Source: Eledone cirrhosa (taxonomy: Eukaryota). Taken from it: DNA of 64,000 bases. A model generated the notes under the pieces. It was not told where the DNA came from. It saw nothing but the letters and a program-made list of their open reading frames with translations, and made no database searches. The stretch's first letter is position 1. Every line of letters begins with the position of its first letter. Below, piece after piece: positions 1 to 12,295 of the stretch. The position numbers were made by a program, and so were the translations under genes. The DNA lies in assembly GCA_964016885.1 (NCBI GenBank), contig OZ024764.1, positions 11,656,001-11,720,000 on the forward strand. The letters are read 5' to 3'.

Positions 1-249
1 TCTCTCATAGATTTACCATTTCAATATCTTTGAGACTGTTTCCATATATATTTCTATATAATTCTATCAATGTGTTTTCATGAAAGAAAAATTTGTATTC
101 TCTCTTTTATTCTCTTATTCTCAAAATTGGTTATTCTTTCATTCTTTTATTCTTCTATTCTTTATATAGTCTTTTAGGTTCCACTGTTATGCTGCTATGT
201 TTTTGGTGGTGGTGTGGTGGTGTTGTTGTGATAGTTGTTTTTGTTGTAT

Positions 250-1205
250 TTAACCCTTCAGCATTTAAACCAGCCACATCCGGCCAGAATTCTCTCACCT
301 CATCCAGTTTAAACTGGCTGTAACTGGCCACTGATATTGGTGATAACTCTATAGTATTTAAACCAGCCGTATCTGGTTAGAATTCTCTCACCTCATCCTG
401 TTTGAACTGGTTGTAACTGGCCACTGATATTGGTGATAACCCTCTAGTATTTAAACCAGCCGTATCTGGTTAGAATTCTCTCACCTCATCCTGTTTAAAC
501 TGGCTATAACTGGCCACTGATTCTGGTGATAACCCTCTAGTATTTAAACCAGCCGTATCTGGTTAGAATTCTCTCACCTCATCCTGTTTAAACTGGCTAT
601 AACTGGCCACTGATACTGGTGATAACCCTCTAGTATTTAAACCAGCCGTATCTGGTTAGAATTCTCTCACCTCATCCTGTTTAAACTGGCTATAACTGGC
701 CACTGATACTGGTGATAACCCTCTAGTATTTAAACCAGCCGTATCTGGTTAGAATTCTCTCACCTCATCCTGTTTAAACTGGCTGTAACTGGCCACTGAT
801 ATTGGTGATAACCCTCTAGTATTTAAACCAGCCGTATCTGGTTAGAATTCTCTCACCTCATCCTGTTTAAACTGGCTATAACTGGCCACTGATATTGGTG
901 ATAACCCTCTAGTATTTAAACCAGCCGTATCTGGTTAGAATTCTCTCACCTCATCCTGTTTAAACTGGCTGTGACTGGCCACTGATATTGGTGATAACCC
1001 TCTAGTATTTAAACCAGCCGTATCTGGTTAGAATTCTCTCACCTCATCCTGTTTAAACTGGCTGTGACTGGCCACTGATACTGGTGATAACCCTCTAGTA
1101 TTTAAACCAGCCGTATCTGGTTAGAATTCTCTCACCTCATCCTGTTTGAACTGGCTGTGACTGGCCACTGATATTGGTGATAACCCTCTAGTATTTAAAC
1201 CAGCC
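250..1205 (+). repeat. 93-bp minisatellite (~10 copies) derived from one end of a piggyBac-type MITE
   Basis: GTATTTAAACCAGCC recurs at 354, 447, 540, 633 ... 1191 (period 93). The first unit starts TTAACCCTTCAGCATTTAAACC and matches the single-copy MITE end at 48803-48886. Confidence 0.9.
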
Positions 1206-1209
1206 AGCT

Positions 1210-1930
1210 CATATGCTTTGTGGCATAGTTACGTCCCTTTATGGTCTGAGTTCAAATCCCGCCGAGGTTAACTTTACCTTTCATCCTTACCGGGTCAATA
1301 AAATAAAGTACCAGTAATGCACTGGGATAATTGCTGGCCTTGTACCAAAAGTAGAAACAATTATGAGATAAAATAAAGTACCAGTAATACACTGGAGTAA
1401 TTGCTGGCCTTGTGCCAAAAGTAGAAACAATTGAGATAAAATAAAGTACCAGTAATACACTGGGGTAATTGCTGGCCTTGTGCCAAAAGTAGAAACAGTT
1501 ATGAGATAAAATAAAGTACCAGTAATACACTGGGGTAATTGCTGGCCTTGTGCCAAAAGTAGAAACAATTATGAGATAAAATAAAGTACCAGTAATACAC
1601 TGGAGTAATTGCTGGCCTTGTGCCAAAAGTAGAAACAATTGAGATAAAATAAAGTACCAGTAATACACTGGGATAATTGCTGGCATTGTGCCAAAAGTAG
1701 AAACAGTTACGAGATAAAATAAAGTACCAGTAATACACTGGGGTAATTGCTGGCCTTGTGCCAAAAGTAGAAACAGTTATGAGATAAAATAAAGTACCAG
1801 TATTACACTGGGGTAATTGCTGGCCTTGTGCCAAACGTAGAAACAATTATTTCAGGGTGGATAAAATAAAGTACCAGTAATACACTGGGGGTAATTGCTG
1901 GCCTTGTGCCAAAAGTAGAAACAATTATGA
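1210..1930 (+). mobile_element. tRNA-derived SINE (family A) whose 3' part is amplified into ~10 tandem 62-64-bp units
   Basis: B-box-like GAGTTCAAATCC, then CCTTTCATCCTTAC..GGTC..TAAAATAAAGTACCAG. The unit ATAAAATAAAGTACCAGTAATACACTGGGGTAATTGCTGGCCTTGTGCCAAAAGTAGAAACA repeats in tandem. Confidence 0.85.
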
Positions 1931-2229
1931 TTTACTTTACAACTTATTGTAAAATTAAATGCATTAAGCCAGCGCTTGTTTGACTAAATTATGTTTATTG
2001 GCTTTTAATTGGCATTTTGTAAACTGGGAGAGGGGGAATGTGGTGGAGGAGAGGCGGTGGGGAGAGGGGCAGGGGGTGAGTGATGAATGAGAGAAGGAAG
2101 AGGAGGAGGTAGGTTATGATTGCTGTGGGGTGGGGTTGTGTTGTTGGGCCAGAGAGAGAGAAGGGTGGGTGAAGTGATGTAGAATAGGGTGGTTTTGTAG
2201 GGTCAGAGAGAGAGAGTGGAATTGAGATG

Positions 2230-2770
2230 GTGTGTCAGGTTGTAGTAGTGGTGGTGGTGGTGGTGTTGTAGGGGTGGTGGTGGTGTAGAGGTATTGTGGT
2301 GGTGGTGTTGTAGAGATATTGTGGTGGTGGTGGTGTTGTAGAGGTATTGTGGTGGTGTTGTAGAGGTATTGTGGTGGTGTTGTAGAGGTATTGTGGTGTT
2401 GGTGTTGTAGAGGTATTGTGGTGGTGGTGGTGGTGTTGTAGGGGTATTGTGGTGGTGGTGGTGTTGTAGAGGTATTGTGGTGGTGTTGTAGAGGTATTGT
2501 GGTGGTGGTGGTGGTGTTGTAGAGGTATTGTGGTGGTGGTGGTGTAGAGGTGTTATGGTGGTGGTGTTGTAATGGTGTTGTCAGGCTGTAGTGTTGGTGG
2601 TGTTGTAGTAGTGGTGGTCTTGTGGTTGTAGTGGTAGTGGTGGTGTTGTAGTGTTGTTGTTGTACAGATGGTGATGTTGTAGTGATGGTGGTGTTGTTGT
2701 GGTGGTGGTGTAGTGTTGTAATGGTGTTGTGGTGGTGGTGGTATTGTAGTGGTGGTGTTGGTGTTGTAGT
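2230..2770. repeat. (GGT)n-based low-complexity tract with GTAGAGGTATT motif
   Basis: Directly visible. Confidence 0.9.
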
Positions 2771-2895
2771 ATACAAGAAGGAAATAGTACAAAAATTTTT
2801 TTTTTTTAATGTATATATGTATGTATGTATATATATGTATGTGTGTATATATGTATGTATATATATATATGTATGTATATGTATATGTGTGTGTG

Positions 2896-2926
<31 letters not shown>

Positions 2927-2991
2927 ATGTATGTATATGTATATATATGTATGTATATGTATATATATGTGTGTGTATATATATATATATA

Positions 2992-3197
2992 TAACGAAGG
3001 AAATGTGGTCAGGAACCAGGTGGACCATAACGCACCAAAGTACTCAATACTTAGGGTAGTAGAGTGGGTAATAGGAACGAGTAGGACCCCGACGGCTGAG
3101 CTCAAGCCGTTTCGACGACTAATTCTGGACTAAAAGATTTTAGTCCAGAATTAGCCGTCGAAACGGCTTGAGCTCAGCCGTCGGGGTCCTACTCGTT

Positions 3198-3202
<5 letters not shown>
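2992..3202. mobile_element. Palindromic non-autonomous repeat (Penelope pLTR-like, hammerhead 3' half folded back) in (TA)n
   Basis: Near-perfect palindrome 3071-3202. Related copies at ~9113-9265, 9975-10090, 10900-10955, 19288-19335, 33353-33800, 39463-39565 and 42127-42544. Confidence 0.75.
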
Positions 3203-3254
<52 letters not shown>

Positions 3255-3256
<2 letters not shown>

Positions 3257-3650
3257 TCATCATCAGGTTTAGCGTCCGTGTTCCACGCTTGCATGGGTAT
3301 GGACGGGGGTTTTCCCACTTGAGGCAAGAGTGGTTGTCTTGCTCGCATAGGACTGTCTGGCGGGTTTTCTACAGTTGGATGCCCTCCCTAACACCAACCA
3401 CATTTACAGTGTGGGGCTGGGAGGTTTTTACCGTGTTGCCTACACGGCCACATTACAGCGTGGACTGTCTGGCGGGTTTTCTACAGTTGGATGCCCTTCC
3501 TAACACCAACCACATTTACAGTGTGGGGCTGGGAGGTTTTTACCGTGTTGCCTACACGGCCACATTACAGCGTGGACTGTGTGTTTTTTTGTCGTGACAC
3601 CTACATGATCTCATTTGTTTCGGCCTGGATGTTGTGGGACCAACATAACT
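3255..3650 (-). mobile_element. RTE-clade LINE 3' UTR fragment with (GAT)n tail and 2 copies of the 112-bp internal unit
   Basis: Same sequence as 17848-18816 and 40288-40790, which join it to an RTE ORF end. Confidence 0.75.
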
Positions 3651-3934
3651 GTACGTTTTAATTATTATTTTCATTTTATTTCTGTTTTTTAACTTTATTT
3701 ATTTTATACACACACACAGATATATATATATATATATATCTCTGTGTGTGTATAAAATAAATAAAGTTAAAAAACAGAAATAAAATGAAAATAATAATTA
3801 AAACGACAAAAGTGAATAAACAAATTAACGAGGGAATGGATTTTTAATGAATTATTTCAAATTTTCGGTGAACATAAAGAAATATTAAATTGTATTTTTA
3901 ATGATTATGAGAAAAAATATATATAAAGATACAC

Positions 3935-3970
<36 letters not shown>

Positions 3971-4014
3971 AAAAGAAGGGAGCAATTCTTTCATATTTCT
4001 TTGCCCTTTGTTTG

Positions 4015-4710
4015 TCTCTCTCTCTCTCTCTCTCTCTCACACCCTCTCTTTTTCTCTCTCCACCCTCTCTCTCTCTCTCTCTCTCTAGCTATATATTTCT
4101 TTTTCCCCATTTCTTTCTATATATATATGTCTATACCTACCTCTCTCCCTCTTTCTTTCTCTGTCTCCCCCCTCTTTCTTTATCTCCCTCCCTCACCCTT
4201 TCTTTCGCTCCCTCTCTCTCTCTCTCTCTCTGTCTACATATCTATTCATCCCTATTTCTCTTTCGCTCTCTATATATCTATCTATACTCCACTCCCTCCT
4301 CTCTCTCTCTCTCTAGCACACACACTCTCACCCTCTCACTCACTCTTTCACTCACTCACTCCCTCTCTCACTCACTCTCTCTAGGTCACACGCTCACCCT
4401 CTCACTCACACCCTCACCCTCTCACTCACTCACTCCCTCTCTCTCTCGCTCACACACTCTCACCCTCTCACTCACTCTCTCTAGGTCACACACGCTCACC
4501 CTCTCACTCACTCCCTCTCTCTCTCTAGGTCACACACTCTCACCCTCTCACTCAAGGTCACACTCTCTCACCCTCTCTCACTCACTCTAGGTTACTCTCT
4601 CTCTCTAGCTCACACTCTCTCACCCTCTCTCACTCTCTCTAGCTCACGCACTCTCACTCTCTCACTCTCTCTCTCACTCACTCTCTCTCACTCACTCCCT
4701 CTCCTTCTCT
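4015..4710. repeat. (CT)n/(CTCA)n low-complexity tract
   Basis: Directly visible. Confidence 0.9.
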
Positions 4711-4788
4711 ATCAATCCCTCTTCAGAAATATTAATATTTTTAGAAAAAGATGGCAGAAATTTGTTTATGAATCACAGTTTTCTAGCT

Positions 4789-5450
4789 TTAACCCTTTAT
4801 ACCAGAGTTGCCTGAAATCGACCCTGGTTCTAGGATACTTAAACTGTTTATATTTATCTAAAAACCTCCCATGGCAAAATCGGTAGAGCATCGGAGAACA
4901 TTCTTTGCAGCATAGAGTTATGGTCCTTTACCTTCTGAGTTCAAATCCTGCCGGGTTTACTTTGCCTTTCATCCTTACGGGGTCGATAAAATAAAGTACC
5001 AGTAATGCACTGGGAAACAATTATAATTTTATGTAAGAACCTGTGTTAAGTTATGTTCCAAACACCAACAGTGTCTTTCATTAGAAATATGGTAATGAAA
5101 GGGTTAAAGTGTTTATATTTATCTAAAAACCTTCCATCATAATTTTATGTAAGAACCTTTGTTAAGTTATGTTCCAAACACCAACAGTGTCTTTCATTAG
5201 AAATATGGTAATGAAAGGGTTAAAGTGTTTATATTTATCTAAAAACCTTCCATCATAATTTTATGTAAGAACCTTTGTTAAGTTATGTTCCAAACACCAA
5301 CAGTGTCTTTCATTAGAAATATGGCAATGAAAGGGTTAAAGTGTTTATATTTATCTAAAATCCTCTGTTAAGTTATGTTCCAAATATCAGTTTAATAATG
5401 GGGGTTACTTATCTTACTAAATCCTTCCAGATTCTTCATTATATTCAAAA
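4789..5450. mobile_element. Second piggyBac-like MITE family, with a SINE-A insert (~4870-5020) and ~3 tandem 116-bp units
   Basis: Starts TTAACCCTTT at 4789. GAAAGGGTTAA ends at ~5107, 5223 and 5339 (period 116). Similar pieces at 14620-14660 and 15283-15560. Confidence 0.6.
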
Positions 5451-5477
5451 TTATTGGCAGTCATAATAGGCTGTAAT

Positions 5478-6215
5478 GATGGTGGAGGTAGTGGTGGTGG
5501 TGGTGGTGGTGATGGTGTTGTTAGTGGTGGTGGTGGTGTTAGTGGTGTTGGTGGAGGTGGTGGTGGTGGTGTTAGTGCTGGTGGTGGTGGTGTTAGTGGT
5601 GGTGGTGGTGGGGTTAGTGATGGTGTTGTTAGTGGTGGTGGTGTTGTGGGGTTAGTGGTGGTGGTGGTGTTGTTAGTGGTGGTGATGGTGTTAGTGGTGT
5701 TGGTGATGTTAATGGTGTTGTTAGTGGTGGTGGTGGTGTTAGTGCTGGTGTTGTGGGGTTAGTGGTGGTGGTGGTGATGGTGTTAGTGGTGTTGGTGGTG
5801 GTGGTGTTGTTAGTGCTGGTGGTGGTGGTGTTAGTGATGGTGTTGTTAGTGGTGGTGGTGTTGTTAGTGCTGGTGGCGGTGGTGTTTGTGGAGGTAGTGG
5901 AAGTGGTGGTGGTGTTAGTGGTGGTGGTGATGGTGTTGTTAGTGCTGGTGTTGGTGGTGGGGTTAGTGGTGGTGGTGGTGGTGTTGGTGGTGTTAGTGGT
6001 GTTGGTGGGGTTAGTGGTGGTGGTGGGGTTAGTGGTGGTGGTGGTGGGGTTAGTGGTGGTGGTGGTGGTGTTAGTGGTGTTGGTGGTGGTTGTGTTAGTA
6101 GTGGTGTTGGTGGTAGTGATTTTTATGAACATGATGATGATGATGATGGTGATAAGATGGTTAGGATGATGATGGTATTGACGATAACTGATGGTAATGA
6201 TGATGATGATGATAT
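5478..6215. repeat. (GGT)n/(GAT)n low-complexity tract
   Basis: Directly visible. Confidence 0.9.
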
Positions 6216-6284
6216 CTCAACAAATTCCTTAGCAACTTAAAAAGCTGACATTTCTATGAAAAACAACAGTGAATGACACTGGAT

Positions 6285-6463
6285 CACATACATATACATA
6301 TATATATACACACACACATATATATATATATACACACACATATACATATATATATACACACACACATATATATATATATACACACACATATACATATATA
6401 TATACACATATATATACACACATATATATATATATACATATATATATACACACACATATATAT

Positions 6464-6548
<85 letters not shown>

Positions 6549-7096
6549 CACACACACATATATATATATATACACATACATATATATATACACACACATA
6601 TATATATATACACACACACACATATATATACATATATATGTTTGTATGTATGTGTGTGTATGTGTGTATATGTGTGTGTGTGTGTGTATATATATATGTA
6701 TGTATATATATATATGTATGTATATGTATATATATATGTATGTATATGTATATATGTATGTATGTATATATATATGTATGTATATATATGTATATATGTA
6801 TGTATATGTATATATATATGTATATGTATATATATATGTATATATATGTATGTATATATATATGTATATATATGTATATATATGTATATATATGTATGTA
6901 TATATATGTATATATATATATGTATATATATATATGTATGTATATATATGTATATATATATATGTATATGTATATATGTATGTATATGTATATATGTATG
7001 TATATATATATATGTATGTATATATATGTATATATGTATGTATATATATATATGTATGTATATATATGTATATATATATATGTATGTATATATATG

Positions 7097-7131
<35 letters not shown>

Positions 7132-7198
7132 GTATATATATATGTATATATATATATATATGTATGTATGTATGTATATATATATGTATATATATGTA

Positions 7199-7231
<33 letters not shown>

Positions 7232-7250
7232 ATATATATGTATATATATG

Positions 7251-7281
<31 letters not shown>

Positions 7282-7282
7282 G

Positions 7283-7315
<33 letters not shown>

Positions 7316-7324
7316 GTATATATG

Positions 7325-7361
<37 letters not shown>

Positions 7362-7374
7362 GTATATATATGTA

Positions 7375-7419
<45 letters not shown>

Positions 7420-7445
7420 GTATGTATGAGAGAGAGAGAGAGACT
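6285..7445. repeat. Compound (TA)n/(CA)n/(TATG)n microsatellite
   Basis: Directly visible; explains all YIYI/HTHT ORFs here. Confidence 0.95.
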
Positions 7446-7634
7446 GTACAATAGGTGAGAGAGAGAGAAACTGTACAATATGATGTAATTAAGAGACAAT
7501 ATGTTATAAAAATGGATGAAGGGCGAAATTTTGATGACAAAAAAGCATAAAAAATATTTAATGTATTTTTTTAAAATTATGAAGTAAAGTGTAAATTTTC
7601 AAGGAATTAAGACTTAATTCATTACATGGCTTGA

Positions 7635-8245
7635 TGTTGTTGTTGTTGGTGGTGGTGTGGTGTTGTGGTGGTGGTGGTGTGATGTGGTGGTGGTGGTGGT
7701 GTGGTCTGGTGATGGTGGTGGTGGTGTGGTGGATGTTTTGATGTTGTGATGGTGTGGTGTTGTGGTGGGGCGGTGGTGGTGATGGAGATAGTGTGGTTGT
7801 AGTGGTGGGGCAGTGGTGGTGATAGTGTGGTTGTAGTGGTGGTGGTGGTGATACTGTTGGTTGTAGTGGTGGTGGTGTTGGTGTTGGTGGTGGTGGTGTG
7901 GTGTGGTGATTGTAGTGGTGGTGGTGATAGTGTGATTGTAGTGGTGGTGGTGGTGTTGATAGTGTGGTTGTAGTGGTGGTGGTGGTGGTGGTGATAGTGT
8001 GGTTGTAGTGGTGGTGGTGGTGGTGGAGATAGTGTGGTGTTATGGTGGTGGTGGTGGTAGTATGATTGTAGTGGTGGTGGTGTGGTGCTGTGTTGGTGGT
8101 GATAGTGTGATTGTAGTGGTGGTGGTATTGTGGGGGTAATAGTGGTAGTTTTGTAGTGGTTGTGGTGTTGTGGTGGTTGTAGTGGCGTTGGTGTTGTGGT
8201 GGTGGTTGTAGTGGTGTGGTATTTTGGTAGTGTTAGTGTTGTAGA
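7635..8245. repeat. (GGT)n/(GTA)n low-complexity tract
   Basis: Directly visible. Confidence 0.9.
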
Positions 8246-8329
8246 TGTCGTTGGTTGTCTTGTCATTCTCCCTTCTCAGTAACCCCTTGAATTTTAGTGG
8301 CTTTATTACCTTGCTTGCGGGTGAGCAAA

Positions 8330-8620
8330 TATAATTGTTTCTACTTTTGGCACAAGGCCAGCAAATACCCCAGTGTATTACTGGTACTTTATTTTATCGA
8401 CCCCGTAAGGATGAAAAACAAAGTTAAAATAATAATTGTTTCTACTTTTTGACACAATGCCAGCAAATCTCCAGCGTATTACTGGTACTTTATTTTATCG
8501 ACCCCGTAAGGATGAAAGGTAAAGTTAACCTCGGCGGAATTTGAACTCAGATCATAAAGGGCCATAATTCTATGCTGCAAAGCATGGCGTCAGACCCTCT
8601 CCCAATACTGCCAATCCATG
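8330..8620 (-). mobile_element. SINE family A with duplicated 3' part
   Basis: CGACCCCGTAAGGATGAAAGGTAAAGTTAACCTCGGCGGAATTTGAACTC, the reverse complement of the family-A body and B box. Confidence 0.8.
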
Positions 8621-8630
8621 AGCATAAATA

Positions 8631-8666
<36 letters not shown>

Positions 8667-8758
8667 ATATATACATATATATGTGTGTGTGTTTGTGTGT
8701 GTGTGTGTATATATACATACATATATATATATATATGTGTGTGTGTGTGTATATATAC

Positions 8759-8792
<34 letters not shown>

Positions 8793-9528
8793 TTGTGTGT
8801 GTGTATATATACATACATATATATATATGTGTGTGTGTGTGTGTTTGACAGTGCCTCTACGATTCCACAAGGACTTATGGGATTGTTATTCTTCATATAT
8901 ATATATACATATAAAGCACCCAGCACACACTGTCATGGGGTTGGCATTAGGAAGGGCATCCAGCAGTAGAAAACCAGTCAGAAACAGTCCTATACGAATG
9001 AGACCTGACCAAACTTATATCAAATGGGACAAACCCGTCTAACCCATGCTAGGTTGGAAGATAGACATTAAACGATGATGATGAGGATGATACACACACA
9101 TATATATATATATAGGAAAAAGTATGACCCCGACGGCAGAGCTCAAGCCGGCTTGAGCTCTGCCGTCGAGGTCATACTTTTTCCTATTACCCACTCTACT
9201 ACCCTAAGTATTGAGTACTCTGGTGCGTTATGGTCCTTCTGGTATCTTACTACATTTGCTTCGTTATATATTTATATTTATATATTTACCTGTCTGTCTC
9301 CTTTAAAAACTCCATATTCAGCCATCCACCCTGTTAGAAATAACAGCCAAATCTCCCTCAAATCACTTCCTATCACTGTTGTTCCCCAATCATGGGTTCT
9401 CAAACACTTGCATGTCAATATTGTAGTACACAGTACCCCTTTGTTAAGTTCAAAATTGTCTGTAGTTTGGAAGATTGTTTAACATCTATCTTCCAAACTA
9501 CAGACAATTTTGAACTTGTTAAACAATG

Positions 9529-9597
<69 letters not shown>

Positions 9598-9602
<5 letters not shown>

Positions 9603-9947
9603 CATCATCATCATCATCATTTCATTTCACGTCCGCTTTTCCCTGCTTGCAAGGGTGGGACGGGAACTAATTCTGGCTTGATTTCTACAGCTGGATGCCC
9701 TCCCTAACACCAACCTCATTTACAGTGAGTGCTGGGTGCTTTTTTACTGTGGCACCTCCACGACCACTTTACAGTGGAATGATAGGGACCCCAGTCCCTA
9801 TCATCTCATTTCTACAGCTGAGTAAACTGGAGCAATGTGAAATAAAGTGTCTTGCTCAAGGAAACAACACATCACCCGGTCTGAGAATTGAACTCACAAC
9901 CTTTCGATTGCAAGGCCAATGCTCTAACCACTAAGCCATGTGCCTCC
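9598..9947 (-). mobile_element. tRNA-derived CORE-type SINE (family B) with RTE-derived tail and (GAT)n end
   Basis: Minus strand reads GGAGGCACATGGCTTAGTGG (A box) ... GAGTTCAATTC (B box) ... CCTTGAGCAAGACACTTT (CORE-like). The tail matches the RTE 3' end at 19720-19780. Confidence 0.85.
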
Positions 9948-10092
9948 ATATATATATATATATACAATGAAAATAGTCAGGACCCCGACGGCTGAGCTCC
10001 GGCCGTTTCAACAGCTATTTCTGAACCATAGTACCGAGTACTCTGGTGCGTTATGGTCCACCTGATCCCTTACTACACTTCCTTTGTTATGT

Positions 10093-10457
10093 CTAGGGTG
10101 GGTAAAATTCCCGAGATCCATGGACGAGTTCTCTCCAGCGGTCTCTGTCCCTTATCATCGCTGCCATGTCCTGCGTCTCCAAAAGACTAGTGTCTGTCCT
10201 TAGGGCATCAACATACGTTAACCTTGGTCTTCCTCTTCCAGTGTGTCCGTGCAGGGGCTCCCACACGAGCACTGAGTGCAATGTCAACTCTGGATGTCGG
10301 TGAGCATGTCCAGCTAACCTCAGTCTCCTCTGTGTCACTTTTGAGCTGACTTTTGGGAGGCTCCCATACAGCTCTGAGTTCTTCATCCTCAGTGTATACT
10401 GATTAATGTTCAGAGCCATCCTCAGCATTCTCGTGTAGCACCCATCCTCCATCTGAG
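10093..10457 (-). pseudogene. RTE/RTEX-clade LINE ORF C-terminal fragment
   Basis: Translation contains YTRMLRMALNI...RRLRLAGHAHRHPE...GRGRPRLTYVD...DRDRWR, typical of the RTE-group C-terminus. Confidence 0.8.
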
Positions 10458-10493
10458 TTATATATATATATATAAAATGAAACAATATCTAGA

Positions 10494-10574
10494 CTCCTGA
10501 AGATATGTAGAGCAATGGTTAGTTACCTCATATATATTGTATATGGTCCATCTTATATTGAAACATATGTAAAG
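10494..10574 (+). ncRNA. Degenerate minimal hammerhead ribozyme motif
   Basis: CTC-CTGAAGA-(long stem II)-GAAAC-ATAT-GTA-AAG. Stem III is the palindrome ACATATGT; stem I is mismatched. Confidence 0.5.
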
Positions 10575-10954
10575 ATATGTTTTAAGTATAACATGCTTCT
10601 GCTCTCTCAATTTATATATATATATATATATATATACTTCCTCCCCCTCCCCAGTACCCTCTTTGACCTCACGCCCAGCTGTAGCTGGCACTACCAACGC
10701 ATGAATGGGTCTACTCCATCCCCTCCCCCTTTTTCTCCTACCGGCAGGTTTAGCTACCCCTTCCCCCACCAATTTGCCATCACAGATTTACTACTAACTT
10801 GTGATGTGACCAATCCTGGTGATTATCTCTTTGACCATATATGGAATTACCCCTTGATAAGCTCGGCTATTTAACTACCAGAATAAATTTTCATTCAGTA
10901 CAGAATTATCCGTCGAAACGGCTTGAGCTCAGCCGTCGGGGTCTTACTTGTTCC

Positions 10955-10985
<31 letters not shown>

Positions 10986-11099
10986 GTTAGAATATGTGTA
11001 ATAAGGCCAAGACAATGCAGATATGGACATAGAAAAAAGAATGCAATAGTGAAAGATATTGATGAGAATTCGTCTTTCACCTTGAATTTATTTAAATGT

Positions 11100-11134
11100 C
11101 CTTAATTTTCGAGATAATATCTCTTCTTCGGAGG
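11100..11134 (-). ncRNA. Degenerate minimal hammerhead ribozyme motif
   Basis: Minus strand CCT-CCGAAGA-A-GAGAT att ATCTC-GAAA-AT-TA-AGG, with one core change (CTGA>CCGA). Confidence 0.45.
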
Positions 11135-11619
11135 GAAGTAAAAGTCTCAGACCAGCGTCTAAATTTCCAATGAAGCCATGCTGACCGGAAATAGTATAGA
11201 GTTCTAACTTTAATATCAAAGAAGTAAAATTAGGTGGGTAAAGAGTAGTCTCCCTTTAAGAGGGGTTTGTTTATGTTTTTGTTGTGTTTTTTTAAATTTT
11301 ATATGCGTGCCTGTATATGTGTGTGGGAGAAAGCATGAAGGTGTAGGTATGTGGGTGTGTGTGTGTGAGTGTGGGAAGATAGGTCTAATCGTAAAAGTGG
11401 GGGGTAGGTGTTATCTGGTGTTAGAACTGGTTTTGTGTGTGTATGTGTGAGAGAGAATAAGTGGAGGTGTGCGCGTGCGTGTGTGTGGGGTGTGTAAAGT
11501 GGGGCTAGAGGCCCTATCAGGTTATAAATTGGGTGTTGAGCTCTAGTTATATATATATATATATATAGATGATGTGTGGATGGACACACACATATTTGTA
11601 TCTATATATATAAATATAT

Positions 11620-11650
<31 letters not shown>

Positions 11651-11784
11651 AAGGTTTACATATATATATATATATATAAATATATAAATATATATAAAGG
11701 TTTACATATATATATATATATATGTGTTTTGCAACGGGTCACTTTGTGGCTCAATGAAGAATTAATAAATTAAATAATCAGAGC

Positions 11785-12295
11785 TATATATCATAAAACA
11801 TGTCTATAGAACCACCAGATAAAATATATACAGTTTCCTCTCCCAATTAGCATAATTAACCATATAAAAAATCGATTAGACCAATAAAGAATAACTACTA
11901 TAAGAATAAAGGCTTCTAAGAAGAAAACTCAGACAAATAACGGAAAGCAGCCGTTCGCGTCGGTTGCGACGGAGTATTTATCGAGTATTTCGACAGTGTG
12001 TATAAATCGACCAGATATACAGTCAACTAAACAGAATTAGGTGTAAAATAAACTAGGAGAAAAGTGAACATATTTAGTTACCTCTACCATGGTTTCGTCC
12101 GCATTTTAAGATATCCGATAACATTGGACATCTGGAGCACCGGACTCTTCAGGAGTTAGCTCAAATTTAGACAATTAATTTTCGAAGCCTTTATTCTTAT
12201 AGCTTGGTCTAATCGATTTTTTATATGGTTAATTATGCTAATTTGGGAGAGGAAACGGTATATATTATATCTGGTGATTCTATAGACATGTTTTA

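Noticed and set aside
250-1930. CRISPR-like appearance of regular repeats (also 14676-15103 and 24382-25060)
   Set aside because: They are head-to-tail units with no unique spacers, no cas genes and a eukaryotic context.
5560-6075. GGGGTTAG/GTTAG motifs as interstitial telomeric repeat
   Set aside because: There is no tandem TTAGGG; these are variants within a (GGT)n tract.
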